NCBI GenBank assembly: GCA_028534125.1
Contig: CM052816.1
Coordinates: forward strand, 101,680,001 to 101,744,000
DNA: 64,000 bases
From: Lama glama
Taxonomy: Eukaryota
Direction of reading: 5' to 3'
How positions within the stretch are numbered: the first letter of the stretch is position 1; each line of letters begins with the position of its first letter. The notes below the pieces were generated by a model. The model was not told the DNA's origin. It did no database searches and saw nothing but the letters and a program-made list of their open reading frames with translations. The position numbers and the translations under genes are program-made. Of this stretch, positions 37,611-50,837 are shown one piece after another.

Positions 37611-37622
37611 ACCGTGGCGGCG

Positions 37623-37827
37623 ATGTTGGGGCGCGGGGCCCTGGGCCCCACTTGGGGGCTGCTGCTAGCGCTGAGCGTGCTGCCGCGGGCGCGGGGCGTC
37701 GAGGAGGAGCCTGGCGGCGCGCACGGAGAGACCCAGGGCTTCCAGGTGGTCACCTTCGAATGGCACCACGTCCAGGACCCGTACATCATCGCGCTCTGGA
37801 TCCTCGTGGCCAGCTTGGCCAAGATCG
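37623..37827 (+). CDS. SLC9A3: SLC9A3/NHE3 coding exon 1 (hydrophobic N-terminus, 68 codons + 1 nt)
   Basis: ATG at 37623 in GTGGCGGCGATGT. Translates [68 protein letters not shown](G), the recognisable NHE3 N-terminus. Ends at donor G|GTAAG (intron starts 37828), phase 1. Confidence 0.97.
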
Positions 37828-40800
37828 GTAAGCGGCCCCTGGCTCCGCGCGCACGGAGTCCCGGCCCCGCCACGACTTCCCTTCCGCCCGCGGGGTCTGC
37901 AGGTCCCGCGCCTGCACCCACGGACCACAGAGTCAGGCGCCCGCACCGCCTTCTTCCAGGGCTCCGCCGGCTCCACGGTCTTCCCTGTGGAAGGCGCGCC
38001 ATTGGCGTCAGTTGCCCAGCTGTCTGGTCCAGGATCGCCGCGGCCAGCCCCGGGGATTCGGGTCCTTGTGTCGCGCAGGGCGAGGCTCGGGGCTGCGAGC
38101 CTGGCCGGGCCCGGAGCGGCTGTGCGGGTGGCTGAGGATAAACGGCTTCTGGGCTTCTGGCCGAGCGGGCACAGCCTCCGAGGCCCCGCGCGCTCCAGGC
38201 TCCCTGGTCTCCGCGCTGGGGGCTCTGTCTGCCCCATGGGGCTGCTTGGCTCTGAGGCTCCTGCAGCCAGGTTTTCTGTGTGTAGGGCTTGTCTGGCTGT
38301 TAATGCACTGAGAGAGGTAATGTCCTTGCCTCGAGCCCTGGAGTGCTAGGTCCCCAATGCAGAAAGAAAAACCGTGCCACTCAAGATTAAACCCAGTAAA
38401 ACCCTATTTATAGGAGCAAGTTTTCCATTGAGTGTTTCTCTTGTAAAAATCCTGGTCTGTCAAAGATTTCTCTTAACTTGCTCCAGTGAGCCAGCAAAGT
38501 GAGAATTGTAGGTAACTCGCGGGCAAGGTGACAGGAAGGTCAGCTTTCTTAAGAGCTTGTGAGGACCAAAGTTTCAGCTGCTGGTCAACACCAGGGAGGC
38601 GGAGATGTGATGGCAAGTGTACTCAGGAGGTGGAGTCGAGGGTGGGGGGAGCCTGTCGAGGGAGGGGGTCCTGAGGACACCCCTCCACTGCCTGCCTCAG
38701 GACAGCAGGGACAGGGACGGGTCAGCAGTGGTTTGGGAATGGGGAGGAGCCAGGCGAAGAGGGGGGGCTCCTCCAGGGCTTTGGGGGGCTGACATCCTCA
38801 GTAGGACCAGGAGGGACAGGCTCTGGGGAGAGATGGTCAGAGGACTTTGGACCTGGGGTTTGGGGGCACTGGGGCACCGGGGGCACCTGGCAGCAGTCGG
38901 TCACAGCTTGTTTTCCCATGGCACTGCCTGTCACGCGTCCTGCTATGGCAATGATCTCTCTTCAAGTCTCTCTCTTCTTTTTGTTTCTGAAAAGCTCTCC
39001 AGCCCCTTGGCCTCCTCCTTTTCCCTCTGGTGTCTGTTCACCTCCTTGTCCCTGTCTGGTCTCAGAGCTGTCTCCCCCACCACCAGCTCTCCTGTGGGGT
39101 TTTGTGATGTCAGGAGTGAAATCTGAGCATCGAGATGGGGTCTCCTATGCTGTGTCTCCCCAGGCACCTCTGCCGTGGAGGTATTGCCGACACTGGCCAC
39201 TTTCTGCCAGTCACTGACTGAGCAGGTCCAGCCTCACCCTGGAGCTCTGGGAGCGCACCGTCCTGATGCTCCCCTGGGAACTGACCGGTTTCTGGGGCAG
39301 AGTGAGGGGTGTCCTTCTCTGCCACCTTTCCTCTTCTGGGGAACCCCAAAAGGGTGATCTGTACAGTGTGGACCGTGCCAGGGACGTGGCATGCCCCTGT
39401 TGTGTAGAGCGAATGTGTGCTTTCTGCACAAGCCTAGCCCTGGGCACTGACGTGGCGCCTGCATCTGGAAGTCCAGTGTCTGTTTTCACCCAGGAAGAGC
39501 CATGGCCAGAGGTCTCTGGAGCACTCGGACTGTTCCTGAGACGACCTTCTCTGGGGTGGGGTGGTCGCCTGCTCCAGGCAGCTCTGTCTCGTGGGCAGGG
39601 CAGAACGTTCGAAGAGCCCCACCATGCCAGCACCACACCCAAGGCTGCCGTAGTCCCAGCTGGCTGGCCCCACCTGTGGCTCCGGGAGGGTTGGGAACGC
39701 TGAGAAAGTATGAAGAGGAGCTGTGAGAGAAAGCCTGTGGAGCTGACTGCGCTCGCCTCAGGGTGCCCTCTGGCCCTGGGCCGTTCTTCTGCATTTGGAG
39801 GCTCCAGCTGTGAGAGCACTGGGGTCTTGCCCATGAATGGGCAACACTGCAGGCAGGCTCAGACGCCCCATCTCGGAAAGTAGTCTGGGCCCCTCCTTAT
39901 GCTCAGCAACCCCAGCCTTGCCCCCGTCCCCTGGAAAGCAGGTCCCCAAGGCCCTCCAGGTGGCTCAGCCTGGGCCTCGTGGGACCCCACCTCTTTGCCC
40001 TTCCCTCCAGGGTCCCCCCACCCTCTGCTGCCCTGTCCTGTCCCCCTTGCCCCTTGGCTGCCGCTCCTCCATCCACCTGGGCGCTCTCCCTGCCCTGCCC
40101 CACACCCAGCACCTCCAAGTACCTGCCTGGTGCCCCGGGTCCCCAGCCTCCAGCCAGGGTTCTGCAAGCGTGGCTGCCCACCGGGTGTCCCTGCATGGAC
40201 CTCACCTCAGATGAAGATGAGGAGCAGGTGTGGCTTCTGAGCCCCCAGACCCCGGGTCCCCGTCTGGGGATGCATTTGGGCCTCCTGGGGCCCCTGCCTG
40301 TTCTTGCATATTTAGGAGATTCCGCAGGGCATGAAGGGGCTGCTGAGGCCAGGGCATCTGCGCACAGCAACCGTGGAGCCTGCAGGGCCTGAGAGGTCGA
40401 GGACTGTCCGGGGGGGACGGTGTCTGCCCCTGAGCATGTGTGCAGGGGGTCCTCCGGAGCAGCCTGGGGACCTGGGTGGGACATGTGCTCCCCAGGTGGT
40501 GGGGGTCCCAAGAGTGCAGCCACCCACACCAGGGTCCCTTTGGGCCTTGGCCAGGCTGGACTCCTGTTCCCTTATCCTGTTCTCTCCTCCGGCCTCCCTT
40601 GGGGGCCAAAAGCTGGGCCAGCACTGGACTCAGTGGGTCCACATGGGCCACGTAGAGCTGGGGAGGCGGGGGCAGCATTGGGTGGGGATCCAGGCAGCTT
40701 CCGGAGACAGAACCTGGAGGTGGCAGAGTGGCCAGGGTAGGTACTCCTGGAGGAGGAGGGCAGCTGGAGTGTGGGAGGCCAGAGGAAGGCCCGAGGGTGA

Positions 40801-43800
40801 CAGCCATCTGACGTGCTCTGGAGGTTGAGCTCTGGCACTGAGGCCGTGGGTGGGGGCACCACTGACTTTAGGCTGGAGCTGCTGGGAAGTGGTGATGTCA
40901 CTTTCTGAGCTGGGGTGCCAGGGCGGCAGGCCAGAATTCGTCGTCCCCGCTCTCACTCTAAGAGGTCAACCCGAAGCTCAGACCCCACCCCCAAGGAGGG
41001 AGAGAGCCACCCACACCCTGGCGGAAGCCCCCGGGAAGAACCCAGTGCCTGATGGCCCCACCTAGACTCAAAGGAGGAGGCTCAGCGGGTGGCGGGGTGG
41101 CGAGGTGGCACGGTCCTGCCCAGCCCAGGTGTGGTGATCCTCTGAGACCCTCAGCCCCCTCCCTTGTGGGTTTGGCAGGTGGTCCTGCTCGGTGTTCGTT
41201 CACCACCTCGCTCTTTGCCCCGTCTGCCAGGTGCCTCTCGTAACCAACAGGGGCTTTCCGGTCAGGTGTAGGACAGGCAAGAGCCCTAGCCCTTATCTGC
41301 GCCGGCCCCACCCGAGTCTGGGCCTGTGGATGCTCCAGCGCCGCACCTCTGGGAGACACAGTTCTTTTCCCCAGCTGTGCTCCAGCTGGGGCTTGGCCTT
41401 GGAGGCACGCTCTGTCCTCATAGGTCAGCAGCTGCCTTATCGGCTCAGACTCTGATCTCCAGGCCCTGTGCTCCTGGACCCCAACTCCTGTTACTTGCAG
41501 AGCGCTGTCACTGTGGCTTCCCATCTGGTCAGCAGAGTTGCAGTCCAGCCCTAGCCCTCACCAGGGGAGGGGGCACAGACCCCGGGTGCTGGGACACTCA
41601 GGGCGTTCAGGGGAGCCTGGGCCACAGGCTGTGTGACTTCTGTCGGATGGCCCAAGGCATCGGCCCTGTTCTCTGAAGCACAGCCGTCGGGTGCTGGGTG
41701 TCTGCCGAGCTGTGCTCCTGGGCTGTGCGGGAAGCCATGGGCACGTTTACCTCCTGGGGTGAAACCAGAAGCTTGCGGTTTTCATGTCAACATGCTCTGG
41801 TCCCAGGACCCAGACCCCCATCACTGCACCCAGCCCCGCTGCTCTCTTCCCTCTGGACTCCGGCACACCCTTGGCCATGCTCTCCTCCCAAAGTTCCCTC
41901 GCTCCCCTCGAAGAGATTGCAGGGGAGGATCTGTAAGACGAGGGTGACCTAGAAAGGCCAGGTGAGCAGCCGAGTCCTTGGCTGATCCCGTTCTCCCAGG
42001 AGCAGATGAGTCAGTGGGCCCTGGCAGACCCCAAAGGTCAGATGGAGCCGAGGTCTGGAACCAGAGCCTCTCCCCAGAGTCTCTCTGGGAGGGACGCTTC
42101 GTGCCGAAGGCGTCGGCTCATTGTCAGGAGCTGCCCTGGGAGAACTGGCCTCGAGCTGTAAAACAATCTCAGGGCACTGGGAGCTAAGGTGTCTCCCTGG
42201 CTGTCCTGAGGGAGCCGGGCAAAGGTGGGGAGGTGCTGATAGTGCCAGTCCTGCCTGTTGGGCTGAAGGGACTCCCCAGGGAGCTCCCCCACACCCCGCC
42301 GACTTCCTGCTCTGGGAGCAGCTCAGGACAGTGCTCCCAAGACTGCAGGCCTCCCTCCAGCAGGAGGCCCCGGAGCCCTCCCTCCGGCTCTCCCAGTCGG
42401 CGCCGGATCAGCCTCATGTTTTGTTCCTTCTCCAGTCGTGTCCCTTTTGACGGGAAGTCTCACCAGCAGGGCTCGGGTGGGGGGCTCGGCGTGCAGTGAG
42501 CAAGGTCAGGGCCGGCTCTCCGGGCGCTCCTCCACTCACCCTGCCTTCACTCAGAGAAGGGACTCCTCCAGCGCTGAGTGCGGAGCCCCCGGCTTTCAGG
42601 CGCCAGGTCCTGGGTGCGGAGTCTGAGCAGAGCCCATCTCTCCAGCCCTCTCCGCCCTGGAGCCCAGAGAGGCGGCTCCTTCCTGGGTGCGGTGGGGGGG
42701 CCACAGCTGTGGGCCCCGTTCTCTGCGCCAGGAAGCCCTGCAGGGGCCTGGGTGCTTTGCTGACGGGAGGGGCCTCACTGAGGCCCTCTCCACCCCCACC
42801 CCTGCCTGCACCATTGCTCCCACCTGGCCCCACCCTCTGACCTCCCAGCCCCATGCCCTCTGACCTTGTCCCCTGCCACTTTTCCATCCCTTCTTCATGC
42901 CTTGGAATTCTGTCTCCTCTGTCTGGACAGGGCAGGGGAGAGAGGGCTGCTTGAGGAGCCCAGGTGCCTGCAGAGGCCCCTCCCCATCCAGCCCTGCCTA
43001 CAGAGCCCACCAGACTGGGGTGTCTGAGCTCCCAGGGCCTGTGGGCTTGGGCGGGGCTGGGGGAGGTACACCATTAGGGCCAGCAAGGAGTGGCTGGGCC
43101 CAGGGAGCAGAGATGCCCCTGGGTGTATGGCTGTGGCCCTGCTGGGCTGTGGCTTCCCTGGGTTCCAGCTGAAGCCCAGACCCCACCCCCCAGTCACACA
43201 GTGGCCTCGAGCCCCACCCCCCCGCCTCTTCTGAGCTCAGAACCCTCCAGCCCCGCTCCCCGGGGCCCTGAGGTTGCCCCTCTACACTGAGTTCTTTGGG
43301 TTCAACCAGGTCAACTCTGCGTCCGTTTGTCCCTGCAGGGTCCCCAGCAGGGCCCGTGCAGATGGAGAGCAGGCGGGTGTTCAGGTGCACGGACGGTGAG
43401 CACATTAGTGGGTGAAGGAGTGAACATGTTGGACGGTGTGAGCTTCGTCCACACCATCCATAGGCTGGGCTGGGCTGGGAAGAGGCTCCCTAAATCCCTT
43501 GGCCAAATTCTTTCCCCAAATTGCCATACAGCCTCCGGTGAGCGGCACACCCGCTGACCACACCCTCCAGGCGGGCAAGGCCAGCATCAGCTCAGAGCAT
43601 GGTGGGCGGGCCGGGGTGCAGGGTGGGGAGTGCATTGCCCCACAGAGGTCGCCTGGGCGGGCCTGGACCCAGAGAAGCCGCGCTCGGCCGCACCAGGCCT
43701 GGCCTGAAATCCGGCCCGTTCACACCCGGTCCTGCCTCCTGGAGCAAGACAGAACAGAACAGATCTGTGCATCCCAACACGCGGGCCTCAGGCAGACGCC

Positions 43801-44394
43801 GGCACAGCCCTGGCACACGTGCCCTCCTGGACGGGCTTGGACTCGGGGCCCAGGCAGCTCCATGCCCACGGCACTGTGACAGCACTCTGGGCCTGAATGT
43901 TTGTTATCTTAGTAACCTTTTATTAACGCAGCCAACGTGCCTGACTCTTAGCAGCCACAGCTCTGAGCGCTAGTTTAACGTTCACCATACAAACATTTTT
44001 GCTGCCATGGGCCTGCCATAGGCCACGGGGACACGCTTTCCACAAAGTAGACCCAAACTTCCCTCGGAATGTTGTGTTCCCCTGGGGGCAGACGAGATGG
44101 TCCCTCGGGATACAGGCATCAAGTGCTGGACTGAGCAGCGAGGGGAGGGAGCAGCATGGGGGCGGAGTGAGCCCTGTGGATTGGGGTGAACAATTTCCGA
44201 ATCCGGACAGCCTGTGCAAAGACCCTGAGGTGTCTGTGCATGGGTGTGTTTGAGGAGCAGCTGAAGAAGCCAGCGGGGGTGGGGCGGGGGTGGAGGTGGC
44301 AGGAGGTGAGAGTAGAGGGGCCAGGAGGGAACCAGCCACGCACGTCCCAGGGAAGTGGGGCCGCAGAGGCTTCGGAGCCCATAACACACAGGTG

Positions 44395-44782
44395 GGGCTG
44401 CTGGGGGCCGGTCACATCACACCGTCTGCCCGCAGCTTCACAGAGTCTGGGGACCCTCAGAGCCTCCCACACCCTGGCTCGGGCCTGGCCTGTGACTGCG
44501 GCTAAGAGGGCTCACGATGGCCTTGTCTTCCTCAGCAGGGACACGGCCAGTTTGGGCCAGTGTCTCCCTCAGGGTGTGTGAACATGCTTGGAAGGTGCCT
44601 GGCAGACATTCTGCGAAGACGGTAACTACCCTGCACAGCACCCGGCCTCAGTAAGAGGTCAACAAAGTACAGGTGACAAAGACAAAAATGCCAAGACGGT
44701 CACACAGTCGCTACAGACGCTGCGTCTGAGGTGGACCGAGCGGGCCAGGGCCGCATGGCACCAGTAAGAGCAGGGGCCAGTG
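44395..44782 (+). repeat. ~390-bp dispersed direct duplication, copy 1 (partner 47012-47397)
   Basis: Manual alignment; near-identical core TCTGCCCGCAGCTTCACAGAG...GCATGGCACCAGTA. Confidence 0.95.
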
Positions 44783-47011
44783 CACACTGGGAGGGACAAG
44801 GCTCCACGGGAGAGAAGGGGGCAGCTCAGACTGGTCACCCCCTGAGCTGAGTCGCCACAGGTGATTTGTAATGTTGGCAAAATCCCTCTGATTTTATAAG
44901 TTTCTTCCCATAAGCATGTTCAGAACAAACAAGGCAGAAAAACAGCACGTACCTGCTCCAAGATCTGAACTGAGGTCCAGGATGTGCCCTCCGGAGACTC
45001 CAAAGTCCCCAGCGGGACGAGGTGTCTGGGTGCTGAGGGCCCAGACCAGCAGCTCTGCTCCGGCTTCTGCCCCCTGTGTCCCAGGAAGGCCCAGACCCAG
45101 GAGGTGGGGGAGCCGAGTCCAGAGGGGGAGGCGCGACGTGTCACCTCGCTGCCTCTGTGGGGACCTGGCTCTGCCTGAGCTGCCTGTAGGGTCAGGGCTG
45201 AGGTCAGGCAGCACCCGGGCGAGGAGGCACCCGGGTTCTTTCCTTGGAGCTGGCTGCACAGGTCCACACCTGTAACCCAGGTTCACACGTCGATTGCAGA
45301 AAGAGTGGAGTGCCCCTGGGTTTGCTGGACCAGGGCGAGAGGCCAGGCTGAGAGGTCAGATGAGGGGCCAGGGGCAGGTTTCTTACCTGGGGGGCAGTCA
45401 AGATGGACCACTAGGAAGGGCAGGGTGGGACAGGCAGAGCGAGGCGGGCTGGGGGAGGGGGTCAGGTGGAGGCCCAGGGGGTCAGGGCTGTGGGAGCCTT
45501 GGTGGCTCAGGCTAGACAGTGGAGACTGGGGACAGGCTGGAGGGCATGGGCTCCAGGAGGGCGTTGAGCCAGGCGGTTGAGGCCCCCAGGGGACCCCTCT
45601 GCCCCAGGCACAGGCGTGGCCCTGGTCGGATGTCAGCTCCGAGAGGACGTCCTGTGCGCCTGGACCTCCAGCCTCTGAGCCCAGGGGCAGACCCGGATCC
45701 TCTAGGGCCCACCCAGGGCTCACGGAGTGACAGTGCCAGCTGGCGGGGGCGGGCCGGGCTCCATCTCTTCCTGGGCTGGTCCAGAGGCCTCAGCTGAATT
45801 TACCACCTGTGGAGCTATCATGCCAAAGTCCAACCGGTGTTGAGTTCTCCCCGGGAATGGGTTTTTTGCAAAGGCAGAATGTGAAAGTTGGAAATGCCTG
45901 TTTCTAACAGGTTTTGGAACAATACGAAGGGTGGAAATACAGGGCTCTATTTCTTCTCGGATTTAGCAAGCCCTGGACGCCAGGGTGCAGGGCACTTGGG
46001 CCTGCGTCCTCCCCGACCTGCTTTCCTTAGAACTTGGCCCTCACGTGCTGAGTGCCTGGTACAGCTCACCCTCTGCCTGCTGGCTAGACGTGGGCCAAAA
46101 GGGGCAGGGCCACTAAGGAGGCCCATGTGTGCTTGTGTGTGCACTGGCCTGTGTGCTGCTTCCCATGGGCCGAGGCTGTCACCTGTGGCACTGAGAACTA
46201 TGCCTCCTGTAGCCACGGACACCGGGACCTGGGGGCCTGAGGTCCCCTCACGTGCCCCTGGGACACCGATGCTGCTGGCCAGGGTGGGTGCGAGTTTGTG
46301 AGACGTGCAGCCTCTGGGGGCTTGTGACCCATCATGTTACCGTCACGCCCACACACGTCCTCCTCAATGCAGGGCTGTGAGGAGGCCTCCACACCCCGTC
46401 CCAGCAGGAGGAGCTGGGGTCCTGGGGGATGGCTGGGAAGTGCCTGCAGGTGGGGGAGGCCTAGCCCCCTGAGAGCTGTGTCCTGGGGTCACAGAGGTCA
46501 GAGGCCTTTCCACTTCAAGAAGCCACCAGGCAGCCCCAGGACAGGGTCCCAGAGCAGGCCTGGGGACAGGCTCACTCAACACCCCTGCAGAGGGCACAGC
46601 CTCCCTTCTGCTGGTCCACCCAGGCCCAGGCTCCCTGGATGGCGGTGTCACCCCGTGCGCCCCAGCGGTAACTCAGTAACCGGACAGAGTGCGCCAGGGG
46701 CCTCCGCATGTGACTGCTGCCCCCTCACTCCCTGAGGCAGCGAAACCTTCGTTCTGCCCCTTCAGCTGGAAGTCCAGACGAGGGACCCGCAGCCCTGTAG
46801 CCTGGGCTGGGCACGTCTCTAGCTTCTGAGTCTCCTCAGCCTCTGAGACACCCGGCAAGACCCCTGGGGTTCAGTCTAGGTCAGTCCCTGGATGGTCGGC
46901 CCCAGCATCTCTAACCAGCTTCTGGGGTGAGGCTGGGACCAGGCCCGGTGGGTCCCTGGGTGGGAAGAAGGTGGGGAGGTGGTCGCTGTCCCCAGCAGGT
47001 ACTGCCCTGCC

Positions 47012-47397
47012 GGGCTCCTGGGGGCCGGTCATGTTGCACCATCTGCCCGCAGCTTCACAGAGTCTGGGGACCCTCAGAGCCTCCCACACCCTGGCTCGGG
47101 CCTGGCCTGTGACTGCGGCTAAGAGGGCTCACGATGGCCTTGTCTTCCTCAGCAGGGACACGGCCAGTTTGGGCCAGTGTCTCCCTCAGGGTGTGTGAAC
47201 ATGCTTGGAAGGTGCCTGGTAGACATTCTGTGAAGACATAACTACCCTGCACAGCACCCGGCCTCAGTAAGAGGTCAACAAAGTACAGGTGACAAAGACA
47301 AAAATGCCAAGACGGTCACACAGTCGCTACAGACGCTGCGTCTGAGGTGGACCGAGCGGGCCAGGGCCGCATGGCACCAGTAGGAGCCGGGCCAGTG
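47012..47397 (+). repeat. ~390-bp dispersed direct duplication, copy 2
   Basis: Matches 44395-44782 at an offset of ~2617 bp. Confidence 0.95.
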
Positions 47398-50300
47398 TCC
47401 TTAAAGGCCTGGTAAGGAGAGGACTTGGCCATCCTGCCCGCCCCCACGCCTGCCGCCTGCTGCTCCTGGTCCCCGCCCATCCTTGGGTGGGGTGGTTCTG
47501 CAGCCTTATCATGGTGGGCACTGGCGTTTGCTGCTGAGCCCCCAGCTGGAGAGGGCATGGCACAGAGCTGGCCAGACCTGTGAGGAGTCGCCTCTCTGTG
47601 ACCTGGTGTTGGCCCAACGCAGGGACATCCTCAAACCCCAGTTGCTGGGTGAGCCTTTCAGTGCTGGGGGCTCCAGCACTGTGTTGCTGGGATTTGCAGG
47701 GGTGGGGGTGGGGGGGTCATCTGATAACCAGTTAAAAATACAATGTGGGAACCGAGCAGAGGTCCGGGGTCAGTGTGTGAGGTGTGGCCTGTGGACACTG
47801 TCACCACGTGCAGGCGTGTGGCCTGTCCAACGTTCCCCTCCCCACGCCCACCCCCCAAACAGCCTGTCTTCCTGGGAATAAACTGGAAAAGGAAGGCAGG
47901 CAGTTTACAGCTCCTGAGAAGGCCCTGGTATTGAGAATGCAGCCTCTGTTGTCAAAATCCTTTACTCATTAACTCGATAAAACCAAGAACGTTCCGATGG
48001 CCGGCATGCCCTCAGCCCCGGCCCTGCCCCTGGCCCTGCGGCCTAAGAGGAGTGCGTCCGGGCCCAGCACCCCCTCTGGCTTACCCACGTGCCCCCATGG
48101 AGGACACTGGCAGGTGCAGGATGGGCAGATCTGGCTGCCCAGGGACACGGACCCACTCTTTTCACCAGACAGGGGAGCCAGTCCCACCCCTACAGCAGCT
48201 CAGGGTCAGGAGAGCTGCTCCCGGCCCAGTGCTCTGGGACCCCCATCCCAACACCCACCTCCCCTGGTCCCCCAGCGGGTGCAGGCGCGAAGACCAGAGG
48301 ATCTGTCTCTGCTGCACCCCCACCCGCACCCTGACCCCCACCGTGCCCTCAAGTGTGCCCGGCCCAGGAAGCCGGCATGCAAACAGCATCTCCAGCCGGC
48401 TTTCCTTTTATAATCTCGATTTTCCTGCGACCTGAAGACTCCTTTCAGCATAAGTGAGCTGAATCCATTGCCTAAAAGCCGGATGAGTGCCTTCCCGGGC
48501 CGCTTGCTACCCCCAAGTCATGCTGGCGCCAACAGAACCGAGCAGACTCTCAAGGGCCCTGGCGCAGCCCAGGAGAGGAGCAGGAAGGACGCGCGGCCGG
48601 CGCTCTGTCCTGGCAGAAGCCTGGCCCCACCTCGCGCCTGCGGGGGCCACATCTGAGGGCCGCAGCCCCCAGGGAGCTCGGGGCCATCGTGTTCCAGCCC
48701 CGCCGCCTGCACGAGCCCGAACTACGGCCCTATGCCCGACTGTGGGAGGTTAAAGCCAGACGGGAGGCAGAGAGGAGTCGTCTGGTCTCCAGGAGCAAAG
48801 TCCTCTGCCTCACGGCCGTGCCCCACCACGTCCAGGGGATCAGGGGCGTGTGCCTGCCCCCGCAGCCCGGGCCCGAGCCCACCCTCCCCGGATCAGAGCC
48901 GCTCCTGTAGCCCACGACGGGGCCCACGACGGGTGCATGGGCGCCGTGGTGGGGCAGGGGCATCACAGCGTTGGCGGAGACCTTAGGGCTCCCTCCTTGC
49001 GTCGTGCTCCCATCCTTGGAGGGCCCTGGGTGGGGCGGCTGTGGGGAGACTGTGTCAGAGCAGGGAGGACGGGTGCCCAGGCTGCTGTGCTGCAGGCAGG
49101 ACTTCCTCCCCAGGGAGGTCTTCTCTGCCCAAGTCTTAAGGGAACCAAGCTCCCAGATACCCCACAGCGTGTGTCACAGGCTGGAAACTCTGAGGGAAGG
49201 GTCACTCAGGCCTCTTCCTAGCGGACCGTTGCTGGAGCTACCAGAGCCAGTTTCTGGAGATGGCGCATCCCTGCTCACGCCGGCACACGCTCCCCTTGGC
49301 ACCTGGTCCTCTGCGCCTCCTCCTTCTGCACGGGCACCTTGCCCCTCCCGTGCTGGCGTCCAGGACCCTGAGCCTCATGGTTCTGTTTAGTGGACCCCTT
49401 CCCTGTGGGCGAGCGGCAACAACACCCTTTTGTTTGTTTAGATCCGGCGAAACCTCCCCATAGTGTCACCCCGGCAGGATCAGAACAGACAGTTAACGCT
49501 GGCATGCAGCTGCAGGCTGACAGCACTAGGCCCTCCCTTTGCACAGTGGGTGTCGCCCACCCGCCAGCCTCCCACCTCTGTCCCTAAATATGTCACTTCC
49601 GTCCCTGGCCTGGCTCCTAAGGCCACATCCCAGCACAAGGCACACCTTCAGGTGAGCACCTGCTACAGCCTCAGAGATGCTGTTTCATTTTTAAAAGTTA
49701 GCAAGCTGAGTATTTTTAGTGACATTGCAGATTGACAGAGCAACTGAGCAGGCGGTCCAGGGAGTTCTCTGTGCTCGCCCCCCCCCCCACCCCTGCAGGC
49801 TCCCTGTAGCGTCCTGCGCGGTGCCGGTCGTTTCAGTTGCTGGACCTGCAGTGATACATTAGTATTAACTGAAATCCGTAGTTAACACCGAAGTCCTCTT
49901 GCTGTAGCCCAGTCTGTGAGTTTGGACAGCTGTCTGATGACGTGTGTCCCCCATCGTGGTGTCATACAGGGTCGTCTCACTGCCCTACACCCCCTGTGGC
50001 CCCGTCATCCTTCCCTTCACCCCCCGGCAACCGCCGGTTCTCTTACTGACTCCACAGCTTTGCTCTTCCCAGAGTGTTGCATCGTTGGATTCCCGCAGGG
50101 TGGAGTCTTTTCAGACGGGCTTCCTTCGCTTAGTAACGTGCATTTGAGGTTCTCCCGTGTTTTTCCACGTGTTTGATAACATTTCTTTTCAGTGCTGAAT
50201 AATATTCCACTGTCTGGATGCACCACAGGTTGTTCATCCACCCACGTCCTTAAGGACACCTTGGTTGCTCCCAAGTTTTGGCAAGGATGAGTAAAGCCGC

Positions 50301-50837
50301 TAGAGCCCTCCGTGTGCAGGTTTCTGTGGCTGTCAGTTTTGACTCATTTGGGGTGTGGTCGTGGGACCGTACGGCGGGAGGGCGTTTGGTTTTGGAGAGG
50401 CCGTCAGGCTCTCCCATGAGGGCAGCCCAACTCTGCGCTCCCTGCAGCAGTGATGAGGCTCCTCACCAGCCACTGGTGCCGCCAGTGCCTGGGCTTTGGT
50501 GATCCTAGTGGAGGAGAGCGCCTGGCTGTGCCCGTCCTCGTTCGCCGAGACCCGGTATGAGCGCCTCTTCCCGTGCTAAGTGCTGTCTGTTCATCCTCCC
50601 TGGCGACATGTCTGCTTAGATTTTGGCCCCCTTTTTAATTGGGTTGTTTCCTTATTGAGTTTTAAGAGTTCTTTGTAAATTTTGGATACAAACCTTTATC
50701 AGATGTGTGTTTTGCAAATAACTCCCCCATCTGGCTTGTCTGCTCCTTCGCTGAGCAGTGGCTTCCACAGACACTTCAGTAATTTTAGCAAACCCTGGCT
50801 TATCAGTTCTGTCTCTCACGGAGCATGCTTTTGGTGC

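Larger units (their letters stand above)
37040..38230. promoter_or_regulatory. CpG island over the SLC9A3 promoter, exon 1 and start of intron 1
   Basis: Very high GC and dense CpG, e.g. GCGCAGCGCGGGCGGG and CCGGCGCAGCGCGTCCCGCCG. Boundaries approximate. Confidence 0.9.

Noticed and set aside
37034-38002. 322-aa antisense ORF across SLC9A3 exon 1
   Set aside because: CpG-island shadow ORF with no independent coding signal.
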